Shown: positions 24,147 to 38,540 of the stretch, one piece after another | How the letters are laid out: every line of letters begins with the position of its first letter | Position numbering within the stretch: position 1 is the stretch's first letter | From: Eledone cirrhosa | Taxonomy: Eukaryota | Direction: 5' to 3' | NCBI GenBank assembly: GCA_964016885.1 | Contig: OZ024760.1 | Span: forward strand, 20,584,001-20,648,000 | DNA: 64,000 nucleotides | Translations under genes and position numbers: made by a program | The notes under the pieces: model-generated | Told to the model about the DNA's origin: nothing | Databases searched by the model: none | Seen by the model: only the letters and a program-made list of their open reading frames with translations

Positions 24147-24478
24147 GGGGATTTCTTTCTTCGTTTCTGTGCCTTTCCTTTCTTCTATCCTACGCCATTT
24201 TGTTTGTGTGTGGGTTGTGTGCTCAGTTTGCGCATGCGCCACATCCGGGTGTCTGTGTGTGTTTGTGTTCATATATATATATATATATAGGAAAAGTGTC
24301 AGGACCCCCACGGCTAAGCTCCGGCCGTTTCGACAACTAGATCTGAATAAAACTAGTAGTATTAGGACAGTAGGGCCCTAGCTGAGCTTATCAAGGGTAC
24401 CGTCCATATATGGGCATGCAATCAAAACAAAATAGAAATATCAAATCAAACAATCCTAAAAATTTTCTGTCAGGGGGA

Positions 24479-24625
24479 GTGTGTGTGTATGTGTGTATGT
24501 CTGTGCATGTGTACGTACGTGTGTGTCTCAGTGTGTATGTGTGAGTGTTTATCTGTATGTGTGTATATCTGTATGTGTATGGCTGTATCTGTCTATATGC
24601 ATGCATGTATATGCCTGTGTATGTC

Positions 24626-24665
<40 letters not shown>

Positions 24666-26922
24666 TGTATATCTGTGTGTCTGTCTGTATGTATGAGTAT
24701 ATGTGTGTCTGTATGAGTATGTCTGTGTGTCTGCGTTTGTATGAGTATGTGTACGTCTGTGTGTCTGTATGTGTATGTCTGTATGTGTATGTCTGTGTGT
24801 CTGTATATGTATGTGTATGAGTATGTATATGTCTGTGTATGTATGTGTATGTCTGTATATGTATGTATATGTATATGTCTGTGTATGTATGTGTATGTCT
24901 GTATGTATATGTATGTGTCTGTATATATATGTCTGTATGAGTATGTATATGTCTGTGTATGTATGTGTATGTCTGTGTATGTAGGTATATGTCTGTACGA
25001 GTATGTCTGTGTCTGTATATATATGTCTGTATGAGTATGTATATGTCTGTGTATGTATGTGTATGTCTGTGTATGTAGGAATATGTCTGTACGAGTATGT
25101 CTGTATATATATGTTTGTATGAGTATGTGTATGTCTGTATATGCATGTGTATGGCTGTATGAGTATGTGTACGTCTGTGTGTCTGTATGAGTATGTCTGT
25201 GTCTGTGTGTATGTCTGTATATGTATGTGAATGTCTATGAGTATGTGTATGTCTGCGTATGTATGTCTGTATGAGTATGTCTGTGTGTATGGCTGTATGA
25301 GTATGTCTGTCTGTTTGTGTATGTCTGTGTCTCTATGAGTATGTGTGTGTATGTCTGTATGAGTATATGTCTGTATGTGTGTGTCTGTATGTGTATGTAT
25401 GTGTATGTATATGTTTGTGTATGTTTATATGAGTATATGTATGAGTATGTGTATGTCTGTATGAGTATATGTATGAGTATGTGTATGTCTATATGAGTAT
25501 GTGTATGTATGTGTATGTCTGTATGAGTATATGTATGAATATGTGTATGTCTGTATCAGTATGTGTATGAGTATATGTATGTATGTGTATGTCTGTATGA
25601 GTATGTGTATGAGTGTATGTATGTGTATGTCTGTATGTGTGTATGTCTATGTGTATGTCCGTGTGTGTCTGTATGTCTGTATGAGAATGTCTGTATGAGT
25701 ATGTGTGTATGTATGTGTATGTCTGTGTGTGTCTGTATGTGTATGTCTGTATACGTCTGTATGTGTATGTCTGTATATCTGTATGAGTATGTGCATGTAT
25801 GTATATGTTTGTACGTGTGTATGTGTGTATGTGTATGTCTGTGTATGTCTGTATGTGTATGTCTGTATATGTCTGTATGTGTATGTCTGTATATGTCTGT
25901 ATGTCTGTATATCTGTATGAGTATGTGCATGTATGTATATGTTTGTACGTGTGTATGTGTGTATCTCTGTATGTCTGTATACGTCTGTATGTGTATGTCT
26001 ATGTGTGTCTGTATGTGTATGTCTGTATATCTGTATGAGTATGTGCATGTATGTGTATGTGTGTATGTGTGTATGTCTGTATGTGTATGTCTATGTGTGT
26101 ATGTCTGTATGTGTATCTCTGTATGTGTATGTCTGTGTGTCTGTATGTCTGTATATCTGTATGAGTATGTGCATGTATGTGTATGTGTGTATGTGTGTAT
26201 GTGCATGTATGTGTATGTGTGTATGTGTGTATGTGTATGTGTATCTCTGTATGTCTGTATACGTCTGTATGTGTATCTCTGTATGTCTGTATACGTCTGT
26301 ATGTGTATGTCTATGTGTGTCTGTATGTCTGTATATCTGTATGAGTATGTGCATGTATGTGTATGTGTGTATGTGCATGTATGTGTATGTGTGTATGTCT
26401 GTATGTGTGTATGTGTATGTGTATCTCTGTATGTCTGTATACGTCTGTATGTGTATGTCTATGTGTGTCTGTATGTCTGTATATCTGTATGAGTATGTGC
26501 ATGTATGTGTATGTGTGTATGTGCATGTATGTGTATGTGTGTATGTCTGTATGTGTGTATGTGTATGTGTATCTCTGTATGTCTGTATACGTCTGTATGT
26601 GTATGTCTATGTGTGTCTGTATGTCTGTATATCTGTATGAGTATGTGCATGTATGTGTATGTGTGTATGTGTGTATGTGCATGTATGTGTATGTGTGTAT
26701 GTGTGTATGTGTGTATGTGTATGTGTATCTCTGTATGTCTGTATACGTCTGTGTGTGTATGTCTATGTGTGTCTGTATGTCTGTATATCTGTATGAGTAT
26801 GTGCATGTATGTGTATGTGTGTATGTGTGTATGTGCATGTATGTGTATGTGTGTATGTCTGTATGTGTGTATGTGTATGTGTATGTGTATCTCTGTATGT
26901 CTGTATACGTCTGTGTGTGTAT
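24479..26922. repeat. Compound (TG/TATG/TCTG)n microsatellite
   Basis: Direct inspection. Confidence 0.97.
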
Positions 26923-27028
26923 GAAGTGTGAGATAGTGCTGACAACGTCTGCCACTATGACACTGTCATGTGATCATGGTGTTGACCTCAATTGCAGCTG
27001 GCTTGCACCGGAGTGCACCATATCACTG

Positions 27029-29335
27029 ACACCACCACTACCACCACAGCCACTACTACTACCACTACAGCCACCACAGCCACTACTACTGCCACCACTA
27101 CCACCACAGCCACTACTACTACCACTACAGCCACCACAGCCACTACTACTACCACCACAGCCACTACTACTACCACCACAGCCACTACCACCACAGCCAC
27201 TACTACCACTGACACCACCACTACCACCACAGCCACTACTACCACTGACACCACCACTACCACCACAGCCACTACTACCACTGACACCACCACTACCACC
27301 ACAGCCACTACTACTACCACTACTACCACCACAGCCACTACTACTACCACTACTACCACCACAGCCACTACTACTACCACTACAGCCACTACCACCACAG
27401 CCACTACTACTACCACTACAGCCACTACTACTACCACCACAGCCACTACTACTACCACTACAGCCACTACCACCACAGCCACTACTACTACCACCACAGC
27501 CACTACTACTACCACTACAGCCACTACTACTACCACCACAGCCACTACTACTACCACTACAGCCACTACCACCACAGCCACTACTACTACCACTACAGCC
27601 ACTACCACCACAGCCACTACTACTACCACCACAGCCACTACTACTACCACTACAGCCACTACTACTACCACCACAGCCACTACTACTACCACTACAGCCA
27701 CTACTACTACCACTACAGCCACTACTACTACCACTACAGCCACTACTACTACCACTACAGCCACTACTACTACCACCACAGCCACTACTACTACCACTAC
27801 AGCCACTACCACTACAGCCACTACCACTACAGCCACTACTACTACCACTACAGCCACTACTACTACCACCACAGCCACTACTACTACCACTACAGCCACT
27901 ACCACCACAGCCACTACTACTACCACTACAGCCACTACCACTACAGCCACTACTACTACCACTACAGCCACTACTACTACCACTACAGCCACTACTACTA
28001 CCACTACAGCCACAGCCACTACCACCACAGCCACTACTACTACCACTACAGCCACTACCACTACAGCCACTACTACTACCACTACAGCCACTACTACTAC
28101 CACCACAGCCACTACTACTACCACTACAGCCACTACCACCACAGCCACTACTACTACCACTACAGCCACTACCACTACAGCCACTACTACTACCACTACA
28201 GCCACTACTACTACCACCACAGCCACTACTACTACCACTACAGCCACTACCACCACAGCCACTACTACTACCACTACAGCCACTACCACTACAGCCACTA
28301 CTACTACCACTACAGCCACTACTACTACCACTACAGCCACTACTACTACCACTACAGCCACTACTACTACCACTACAGCCACTACTACTACCACCACAGC
28401 CACTACTACTACAGCCACTACTACTACCACTACAGCCACTACTACTACCGCTACTACTACTACCACTACAGCCACTACTACTACCACCACTACAGCCACT
28501 ACTACTACCACTACAGCCACTACTACCATTACTACTACTACTACCACTACAGCCACTACTACTACCACTACAGCCACTACTACTACCACTACAGCCACTA
28601 CTACTACCACTACAGCCACTACTACTACCACCACAGCCACTACTACTACAGCCACTACTACTACCACTACAGCCACTACTACTACCGCTACTACTACTAC
28701 CACTACAGCCACTACTACTACCACCACTACAGCCACTACTACTACCACTACAGCCACTACTACCATTACTACTACTACTACCACTACAGCCACTACTACT
28801 ACCACTACTACCATTACTACTACTACTACCACCGCCACTACTACTACTACAGCACTACTACTACTACCACTACTACTACTACTACCACCACCACCGCCAC
28901 CACCACCGCCACCGCCACCACCACCACCACTACCACCACCACCACCACTACTACTACTACTACACCACTACTACTACTACCACTACCACCAACAACATTA
29001 CAACTACCACCATCACCACCACCATCATACTACCACCACCACCATACTACTACCATCACCAACATTATAACAACCACCACCACCAGCACCATACTACTAC
29101 CACCACCACCAGCACCATACTACTACCACCACCAACATTATAACAACCACCACCACCAGCACCATACTACTACCATCACCAACATTATAACAACCACCAC
29201 CACCAGCACCATACTACTACCACCACCGACACTATAACAACCACCACCACCACCACCACCACCACCACCACCACCATACTACTACCACCACCAACACTAT
29301 AACAACCACAACCACCACCACCACCACCACCACCA
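27029..29335. repeat. (CCA/CTA/CAG)n trinucleotide expanse
   Basis: Direct inspection; source of the poly-T/V/PL ORFs. Confidence 0.97.
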
Positions 29336-29835
29336 TATCCCATCTCTCTCATAAATATACACATACATACACCCTCTCTCTCTCTTTCACATGCATACAC
29401 ACCTCCTGTCTTAACCCCCCCTCATCCCACCTCCCAATTTCACACACCTACACACACACAGTAATACAGACAGATTCCCACACACCTCCCACTGGTACAT
29501 GACGTAACACACCTGTAGTTAGTTATATAATAGCAGCAGCTTCACCAATAGCAGCCATTAGACATACAGCAAATAATTACAGATGGTTTGACATACATGT
29601 TATATATATATGTTTATATATATGCATGTAGGTATATTACATGTATATATAAATATATATATAATTGTTTCTACGTTAGGCACAAGGCCACCAAATTACC
29701 CAGTGCATTACTGGTACTTTATTTTATCAACCCCCGTAAGGATGAAAGGCAAAGTTGACCTCGGCGGGATTTGAACTCAGAATGGCAAGGGCCGTAACTC
29801 TATACGTCAAAGCATGGTGTCCGACCCTCTATATA

Positions 29836-30201
29836 TAACGAAGGAATTGTGGTAAGGAACCAGATGGACCATAACGCACCAGAGTACTCAATACTTTGGG
29901 TAGTAGAGTGGGTAATAGGAAAAAGTATGACCCCGACGGCAGAGCTCAAGCCATTTCAACGGCTATTTCTGGACTAAAACAGTTCAGAAATAGCCGGCTT
30001 GAGCTCTGCCGTCGGGGTCATACTTTTTTCCTATATATATATATATGTGTGTATTTTGTGTATATGTGTATATATATATGTATATAATGTATATGTGTAT
30101 ATATATCTATATAATGTATATGTGTATATATATCTATATAATGTATATGTGTATATATATCTATATAATGTATATGTGTATATATATCTATATAATGTAT
30201 A

Positions 30202-30245
<44 letters not shown>

Positions 30246-30382
30246 AAAATGTTTAACCCCGAAACGGCTTGAGCTCTACCGTCGGGGTTAAACATTTTCC
30301 TATTACCCATTCTACTACCCTAAGTATTGAGTACTCTGGTGTGTTATGGTCCATCTGGTTCCTTACCACACTTCCTTCGTTA
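29836..30382. mobile_element. Pair of inverted, hairpin-bearing Penelope-like terminal fragments (related copy 38308-38492)
   Basis: 29836-30033 and 30242-30382 are inverted homologs flanked by (TA)n; GAAAcggcTTgagctc half-hammerhead motif. Confidence 0.55.
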
Positions 30383-31288
30383 TATATATATATATATATA
30401 TATATATGTAAGTATATAATACATTTATGTGTATCTGTATATATATGTATATATATATATATGTAAGTATATAATACATTTATGTGTATCTGTATATATC
30501 ATCATCATCATCATCATAATCATCATTTTACGTCTGCTTTTCCCTGCTTGCAAGGGTGGGACGGGAACTGATTCTGGCTTGATTTCTACAGCTGGATGCC
30601 CTTCCTAACACCAACCTCATTTACAGTGTGGGCTGGGTGCTTTTTTGCTATGGCACCTCCACAACCACTTTTCAGTGGAATGATATGGACACCAGTCCCT
30701 ATCATCTCATTTCTACAGCTGAGTAAACTGGAGCAATGTGAAATAAAGTGTCTTGCTCAAGGAAACAACACATCACCCGGTCTGAGAATTGAACTCACAA
30801 CCTTTCGATTGCAAGGCCAATGCTCTAACCACTAAGCCATGCATATATATACATATATGATACGTGAAGGCGCATGGCTTAGTGGTTAGAGCATTGGCCT
30901 TGCAATCGAGAGGTTGTGAGTTCAATTCTCAGACCGGGTGATGTGTTGTTTCCTTGAGCAAGACACTTTATTTCACATTGCTCCAGTTTACTCAGCTGTA
31001 GAAATGGGGTCCCTATCATTCCACGACCAATTTGCAGTGTGGGCTGGGTGCTTTTTTGCTATGGCACCTCTACAACCACTTTACAGTGTGGGCTGGGTGC
31101 TTTTCTGCTATGGCACCTCCACGACCACTTTACAGTGTGGGCTGGGTGCTTTTTTACCGTGGCACCTCCATGACCACTTTACAATGTGGGCTGGGTGCTT
31201 TTTGCCGTGGCACCTCCATGACCACTTTGCAGTGGGTGGGGGTGGGGACATATTGTCTGTATTACTGCGTGATGCCAGAGGTCACGGT

Positions 31289-31335
<47 letters not shown>

Positions 31336-31381
31336 TGCTTCAGAAGTCTCAGACCATTATATCTATATATCTATCTATCTC

Positions 31382-31424
<43 letters not shown>

Positions 31425-31465
31425 ATGATATTAAAAAATGGAAACTATATTTATAAAACCATATT

Positions 31466-31526
31466 TATTCTATCACATATATTTCAAGGGTACCAAAACT
31501 TTGGTACACTCTCATCAGATAAAATA
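31466..31526 (-). ncRNA. Hammerhead motif, probably inactive (GUG at the cleavage triplet)
   Basis: Reverse complement: tattttat-CTGATGA-gagtgtaccaaa/tttggtaccctt-GAAA-tatatg-TG-atagaata. Confidence 0.65.
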
Positions 31527-31934
31527 CAAAGCTTGTTTTATAAATATTGACATATCGAGGAATGACACCTTAACGGTTCAAGTTTTACCTGGATAGTTTC
31601 CATTTATTAATATCATTGATATTATACTCCAGAAAACTTGTTGAGTGCTTCGAATCTGTTATAAATATATATATTTGTTGAATTACCAACAAATTAAATA
31701 TCCCTTTGTTTATATATTTATATATATGTATGTATGTGTGTGTGTGTATACATACACGGAAGATGTTTCGATATAGTGTCAGGAATGTGTGGACTGGGGG
31801 TGTGTGGGGTGGGGTGGGGTGGGGTAGAATGAGAAACTCCTTCAGTGGTATTGGGTAAAGTGGGGTGGCACTATGTAGTGTCTGCAAGAATACCCTGGTG
31901 TATACTGCATACAACTACACAGAGAGCAGGTGTC

Positions 31935-31965
<31 letters not shown>

Positions 31966-32478
31966 AAGGTAGCAATACGCACAGCACAATACACACACAT
32001 CATCATCATCATCATTTTACATCCGCTTTCCCCTGCTTGCAAGGGGGGACACACAAATATATATGTATATATATATATAATATACATATATATTTATTTA
32101 ATGACATAGCTCTGTACAATACATAGAGCACTTTTATTTCCTTTACCTTTTCTATGGAAATACTGAACACAAAACACACACACATGTATATATACATATA
32201 TATATATATATATGCAAGCGGGAAGATGGACGTTAAACGATGATGATGATGATGATATATATATATATATGTATATATAGTAATAATAATAAATTTGAAG
32301 ACTAAAATCCAAAGAGGGCTCAATAAGGATAAATATATATCAAATATATAAGAACCGTAGAGCAAATATTTATTAAATTTTAATAAATATATGTATATAT
32401 ATATATATATATATCAGAGTATTGACAAAGTTATACACCTCAACAACATGTGTACTCGTCTCTACCACACTAATTTGG

Positions 32479-32535
32479 ACTGCCTGAAGAGGTCACAGCC
32501 AAAGATGGCTGTCACCGAAATATATATATAGCAGT
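32479..32535 (+). ncRNA. Minimal hammerhead ribozyme
   Basis: actgc-CTGAAGA-ggtcacagcc aaagat ggctgtcacc-GAAA-(TA)n-gcagt, followed by AATAAA. Confidence 0.8.
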
Positions 32536-32680
32536 AATAAACGAAGCCAAATTTTAAACATTTGACATATTTATTTTATTTTATTTTACACTACTCTGGA
32601 GTAACCAAACCAACCTGCGCACTTCGTTGAGTGCTCCAATCTGCATATTGAGGTGTTGGTATACAACCAACATATACTCA

Positions 32681-32740
<60 letters not shown>

Positions 32741-32799
32741 ATATATATACCCTTGCAAGCAGGGAAAAGCGGACGTAAAATGATGATGATGATGATATA

Positions 32800-34231
32800 T
32801 ACACACACACTAAAAGGTAGCAATACCCATACACATTCAAAGCTAGCAATATACACACACATATACATATACACATATGCATATATACATACACACTAAA
32901 GGGTAGCTATACACACACATATACATATACACATATGCATATATACACACACACTAAAGGGTAGCTATACACACACATATACATATACACATATGCATAT
33001 ATACATACACACTAAAGGGTAGCTATACACACACATATACATATACACATATGCATATATACACACACACTAAAGGGTAGCTATACACACACATATACAT
33101 ATACACATATGCATATATACATACACACTAAAGGGTAGCTATACACACACATATACATATACACATATGCATATATACACACACACTAAAGGGTAGCTAT
33201 ACACACACATATACATATACACATATGCATATATACATACACACTAAAGGGTAGCTATACACACACATATACATATACACATATACACACACACTAAAGG
33301 GTAGCTATACACACACATATACATATACACATATACATACACACTAAAGGGTAGCTATACACACACATATACATATACACATATACATACACACTAAAGG
33401 GTAGCTATACACACACATATACATATACACATATACATACACACTAAAGGGTAGCTATACACACACTCTCATACACTCACACAACCAATAACTTTAATAT
33501 ATATCAAACTGTTTATTATACATTCCTCCACATACACACACACTCACACACACACTCACATACTTACAGACATACGCACACATACTTACACAGGCATACA
33601 CACACACACATACCTGACATACACACACATACTTACACAGGCATACACACACACACATACCTGACATACACACACATACTTACACAGGCATACACACACA
33701 CACATACCTGACATACACACACATACTTACACAGACATACTTACAGACATACACACACATGCATACAGACGTACACACACATACTTACACATACACACAC
33801 ACACATACTTACACAGACATACACACACACATACTTACACAGACATGCACACACATACTTACACAGACATACACACATACTTACACACACATACTTACAC
33901 AGACACACACACATACTTACACAGACATACACACACACATACTTACACAGACATACACACACATACTTACACAGACATACTTAGACATACACACACACAC
34001 ACACACATACTTACACAGACATACACACACATACTTACAGACATACACACACACACACATACTTACACAGACATGCACACGTAGACATATAGAGACCAAC
34101 GCAGACATATGCACACACACACACACAGGCGCAAACTTACAGACATGCACGTACATGCTTACAGACATGCACACACAAACACAAAGTTAGAACCATGCGC
34201 ACACAAACTTTCAGACATGCACACACATACA

Positions 34232-34269
<38 letters not shown>

Positions 34270-34285
34270 TACACCCACTCACACA
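32800..34285. repeat. CA/TA-rich minisatellite (~60-bp unit with ctaaagggtagcta) and (CA)n tract
   Basis: Direct inspection. Confidence 0.93.
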
Positions 34286-34377
34286 CCCGTTTAACTGTAA
34301 GATAGGAGGTCATTCAATACAAGAGACACACCCACTAAGAGTGGTAGGGTGAGTGAGAGTGAGTAAGAGAGAGTGTG

Positions 34378-34414
<37 letters not shown>

Positions 34415-36969
34415 TAGGTAGAGATAGAGAGAGTGAGAGAGAGGGGGCAGACAGTGAATGAGAGAGAGAAGGGCAGACAGTGAATGAGAGAGAGAAGGGC
34501 AGACAGTGAATGAGAGAGAGAAGGGCAGACAGTGAATGAGGGAGAGAGGGAGAGAGGGAGAGAGGGAGAGAGAGAGAGAGAGAGAGAGAGAAGTAGGCGA
34601 ATACCCTGGTATAATGTATATAAATTTGCATGCGCAATAGCAACAGAGACGATGTCAGTTGCAACAACAACAACAACAACACCAACAACTTGTGGTGCAT
34701 CTCCAAATATTATAATATTAATACGACATCTGTTGTTGTTTGGAAGTGTTGGTGGTGGTGTGGGTGGTATTTGGGTACAGTGTGGGTATGAGATGGGTGT
34801 GGTGAGGGTGCAGAGAGGGGGGGGGGTTTACGGTGTTGAATATATTATAATAAAAATACTACACTAACAGATATCGTGTGCATTTCTAGCGACTACAGAT
34901 ACTGGTGCAAAAGTACGTTAAAAGCTAAACCTAAAAATCCCCAACCGATGCAAAAACAACCAACCCCTCCCCACCACCACCACCACCACCGCCACCCGCC
35001 GCCATTACGGCTTCCACCACCACCACCACCACCATCGCCATCACAACCACCACCACCACCACCACCACCACCATCGCCATCACAACCACCACCACTACCA
35101 CCTCTAATACAACCACCTGTGCAGTCTGTTAAGAATTATAGCCGCCACACCTCTATCACCACCACCACCACCGACATCACTGCCACTACCACCACCACCA
35201 CCACCACCGACATCACTGCCACTACCACCACCACCACCACCACCGACATCATTGCCACTACCACCACCACCACCACCACCACCGACATCATTGCCACTAC
35301 CACCACCACCACCACCACCACCGACACCACCGCCACCAGTACCACCTGTACAGTCTGTTAAGAATTATAGCCGCCACACCACCACCACCACCACCACCAC
35401 CATTGGCCTTGTGGCGAAGTAAGAAAGAAACTATTAAAGAATTACAGTTCAACGACCTCCATTGCCATCGCCGCCACCACCATCACATCTACCACCGCCA
35501 CCACAACCACCATCACATCCCCCTCCACCGCCGCCGCCGCCGCCGCCATCATAGCTTCCTCCGCCACCACCAGGTGCTACTCGACCTGCTAGAAATAACA
35601 ACCGAAATCCCCCTCAAATCACACACACCTCACCGTCTTCGAGAAAAGGGTTCACTGGCTTCATAATAATGGTGGTGGTGGCGGTGGTGGTGGTGGTGGG
35701 GGTCTGGTCTCCGACCCCTTACACAATTAGGGAACAACACATAAGGGTTTTTAGTCGACCAGAGCTGACCTGGGGCTAAACAACAACAACAACAACAATA
35801 CCCCCACAGACACTTTCATGAAACCAACCAAGAAACCTCTACGAGGTCGTTCTACCTGCTAGAAATAGCAGACAAATTCTTTCAAACCAATCCCTAAGAC
35901 CCCTTAAAAAAACGAAACGAAGGACATATTACCTAAGGTAGTTCTAGCTAGGTATACGACAAACCAAGAACCCCAAAGCCCCAGAGAAACGAAAAACAAC
36001 TGGATGGTCACGACTAGAATGCATTTAATCATTGGTTTACTCAATCAGAACTGACCTAGGGCTAAACAACCACCACCACCGCCGCCGCTTTCATTATTAT
36101 CACTATTACCTAATAACAGTCTGTCTCTTCCTCCTCCTTCACCGCTGACGTCATCACCACCTTCTGTTATGGCGTCATTGTTTTACTCTGTCTTCCTCTC
36201 CTCTCGTTACCCACCGCCGCCTTCTCTACTTTCTCTATTTCTTCATTTCTTTCTCCCTTCTCTCCCCTCCTCTCTGTCTGTCTGAATATTTTTATTTATT
36301 TTTGTTCTTCACAATTATCTTTGTTATTTCGATTCTTTTTATTCCACCCCGTCTCTCTCTCTCTCTCTCCTCTCTTTCTCTCTCTGTCTATTTGCCTCTC
36401 CGCCTCTCTCACTGCCTCTCTTTGTCTATCTGCCCCCCCCCCCTCTGCCTCTCTCTCTCTTTGTCTATCTGCCCCCCCCCCCCCATGCCTCTCTCTCTCT
36501 CTCTCTCTCTCTTTGTCTATCTCCCCCCCTCTCTGCCTCTCTCTCTCTCTCTCTTTGTCTATCTCCCCCCCTCTCTGCCTCTCTCTCTCTCTGTCTATCT
36601 GTTTCCCCTCTCTCTGTCTACCTGTCTCTCCCCTCTCTGTCTACGTCTATTCAAGCTCTTCTTTACCTGAAATTCTTCTGCTTCAATGTGGCAAGCGACA
36701 TCAGACACGTTGGCCAAAAATGTCGCTTTTGCAGCTGCTGCTGTCCAATTTGTCTTGTCCCTTCTACCTACCTTCTTACCCTCTATCTATCTATCTATAT
36801 ATCTACCTATCTACCTATCTATCTACCTATCTATCTACCCTCACACCCACACACATATATACCTCTCTCTATATCTATTTAATTGTCTGTCTTTTCTATC
36901 TATCTATCTATCTACAAGATAGAACAGTAGTCTTATATAATTATGGAAAGAAAAATACCTCACTGTATG

Positions 36970-37044
<75 letters not shown>

Positions 37045-37103
37045 CAAGGCTCTGATACCATCAACACCATAAACACAGAGCTGGCATATCTAAGAACTGA
37101 CTA

Positions 37104-37159
37104 AATGCCTGATGAGGTCATAGCCATTCAATGGCTATCATCGAAATATATATAGCAGT
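37104..37159 (+). ncRNA. Minimal hammerhead ribozyme (paralog of 32479)
   Basis: tgc-CTGATGA-ggtcatagccat tca atggctatcatc-GAAA-tatata-TA-gca; stem II differs from the 32479 copy by a compensatory change. Confidence 0.78.
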
Positions 37160-37218
37160 AAATAAAGGGTTATGAGTTCATGCAATTGACTTATGTTTCG
37201 TTACTATATATATATATA

Positions 37219-37416
37219 TATATTACTTCAAAATATTAATAAATATAGACATTCATGTGATTAAACATATTTTATTATACATATTTCAGAGAAATATATT
37301 TTATTATACATATTTCAGAGAAATATATTTTATTATACATATTTCAGAGAAATATGTATAATAAAATATATTTGATCACATGAACGTCTATATTTATTAA
37401 TATTTTGAAGTAATAT
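37219..37416. repeat. Palindrome with internal triplicated half-hammerhead segment
   Basis: tattacttcaaaatattaataaatatagac...gtctatatttattaatattttgaagtaata; centre carries GAAAtatgtaTAataaaata. Confidence 0.85.
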
Positions 37417-37505
37417 TAACTCCAGAAAACCTCTTTGTTGAGTGCTTCTAATCTATTGTAAAACGTTATTCATTTATTAATCAATGAACCTTGTTAAACT
37501 TTTGG

Positions 37506-37558
<53 letters not shown>

Positions 37559-37603
37559 TTTATATACATATTCACACACACACACACATTCACACACACA
37601 TAT

Positions 37604-37682
<79 letters not shown>

Positions 37683-37716
37683 CATGTATATATATATATA
37701 TATATATATTTATAAC

Positions 37717-38077
37717 AAAATACACCCCGTCCCACCACCACCACCACCCTCACCCCATCCACACCACCCCGTTCTATGTAAAGTTATGTTGGTGCCGCGC
37801 CATCCAGGCCGAATCAAATGAGATCGTGTAGGTGTCACGACAAAAAAACACACAGTCCACGCTGTAATGTGGCCGTGTAGGCAACACGGTAAACACCTCC
37901 CAGCCCCACAGTGTAAATGTGGTTGGTGTTAGGAAGGGCATCCAACTGTAGAAAACCCGCCAGACAGTCCTATGCGAGCAAGACAATCACTCTTGCCTCA
38001 AGTGGGACTACCCCCGTCCAAACCCATGCAAGCGTGGAACACGGACGTTAAACGTTGATGATGATGATGATGATGAT
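37717..38077 (+). mobile_element. SINE-like family B with RTE-type tail (others ~3909-4100, 44714-45187, 46211-46850, 52589-52957, 53273-53495, 59567-59857, 63920-64000)
   Basis: Dispersed repeat ending ccatgcaagcgtggaacacggacgttaaacg(ATG)n; shares ggtgttaggaagggcatcca with family A. Confidence 0.8.
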
Positions 38078-38269
38078 ATTTATTAGTTATGTAATAAACA
38101 ACATAAGATAATTATTTCATTTACCAGTAGTTTCTTGATGGCAGATATTTATATCTGTCTTCAGTCGTCAGAATGAATAAATAACATGGTGTTTATTAAA
38201 TATGGATTTGAAAACAAAACTTAGGAAATATGAAAGTGAGGCTGAAATCAAATAACGGGCAAAAAGGAT

Positions 38270-38310
<41 letters not shown>

Positions 38311-38490
38311 AATGAGTAGTACTCCGACAGCTGAGCTCAAGCTAATTCTGGACTGTCCAGAATTAGCCGTCGAAACGGCTTGAGCTCAGCCGTCGGGGTA
38401 CTACTCGTTCCTATTACACACTCTACTAACCTAAGTATTGAGTACTTTGGTGCGTTATGGTCCACCTGGTTCCTTACCACATTTCCTTTG

Positions 38491-38532
<42 letters not shown>

Positions 38533-38540
38533 TTTTTTTT

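Noticed and set aside
26955-26990. SECIS element (ATGA...GA)
   Set aside because: Helix too short, no apical AA, and not in a 3' UTR.
24391-29400. Very long ORFs (928, 692 and 616 aa; mucin- or extensin-like)
   Set aside because: Translations of simple repeats that are open in several frames on both strands, with no splice context.
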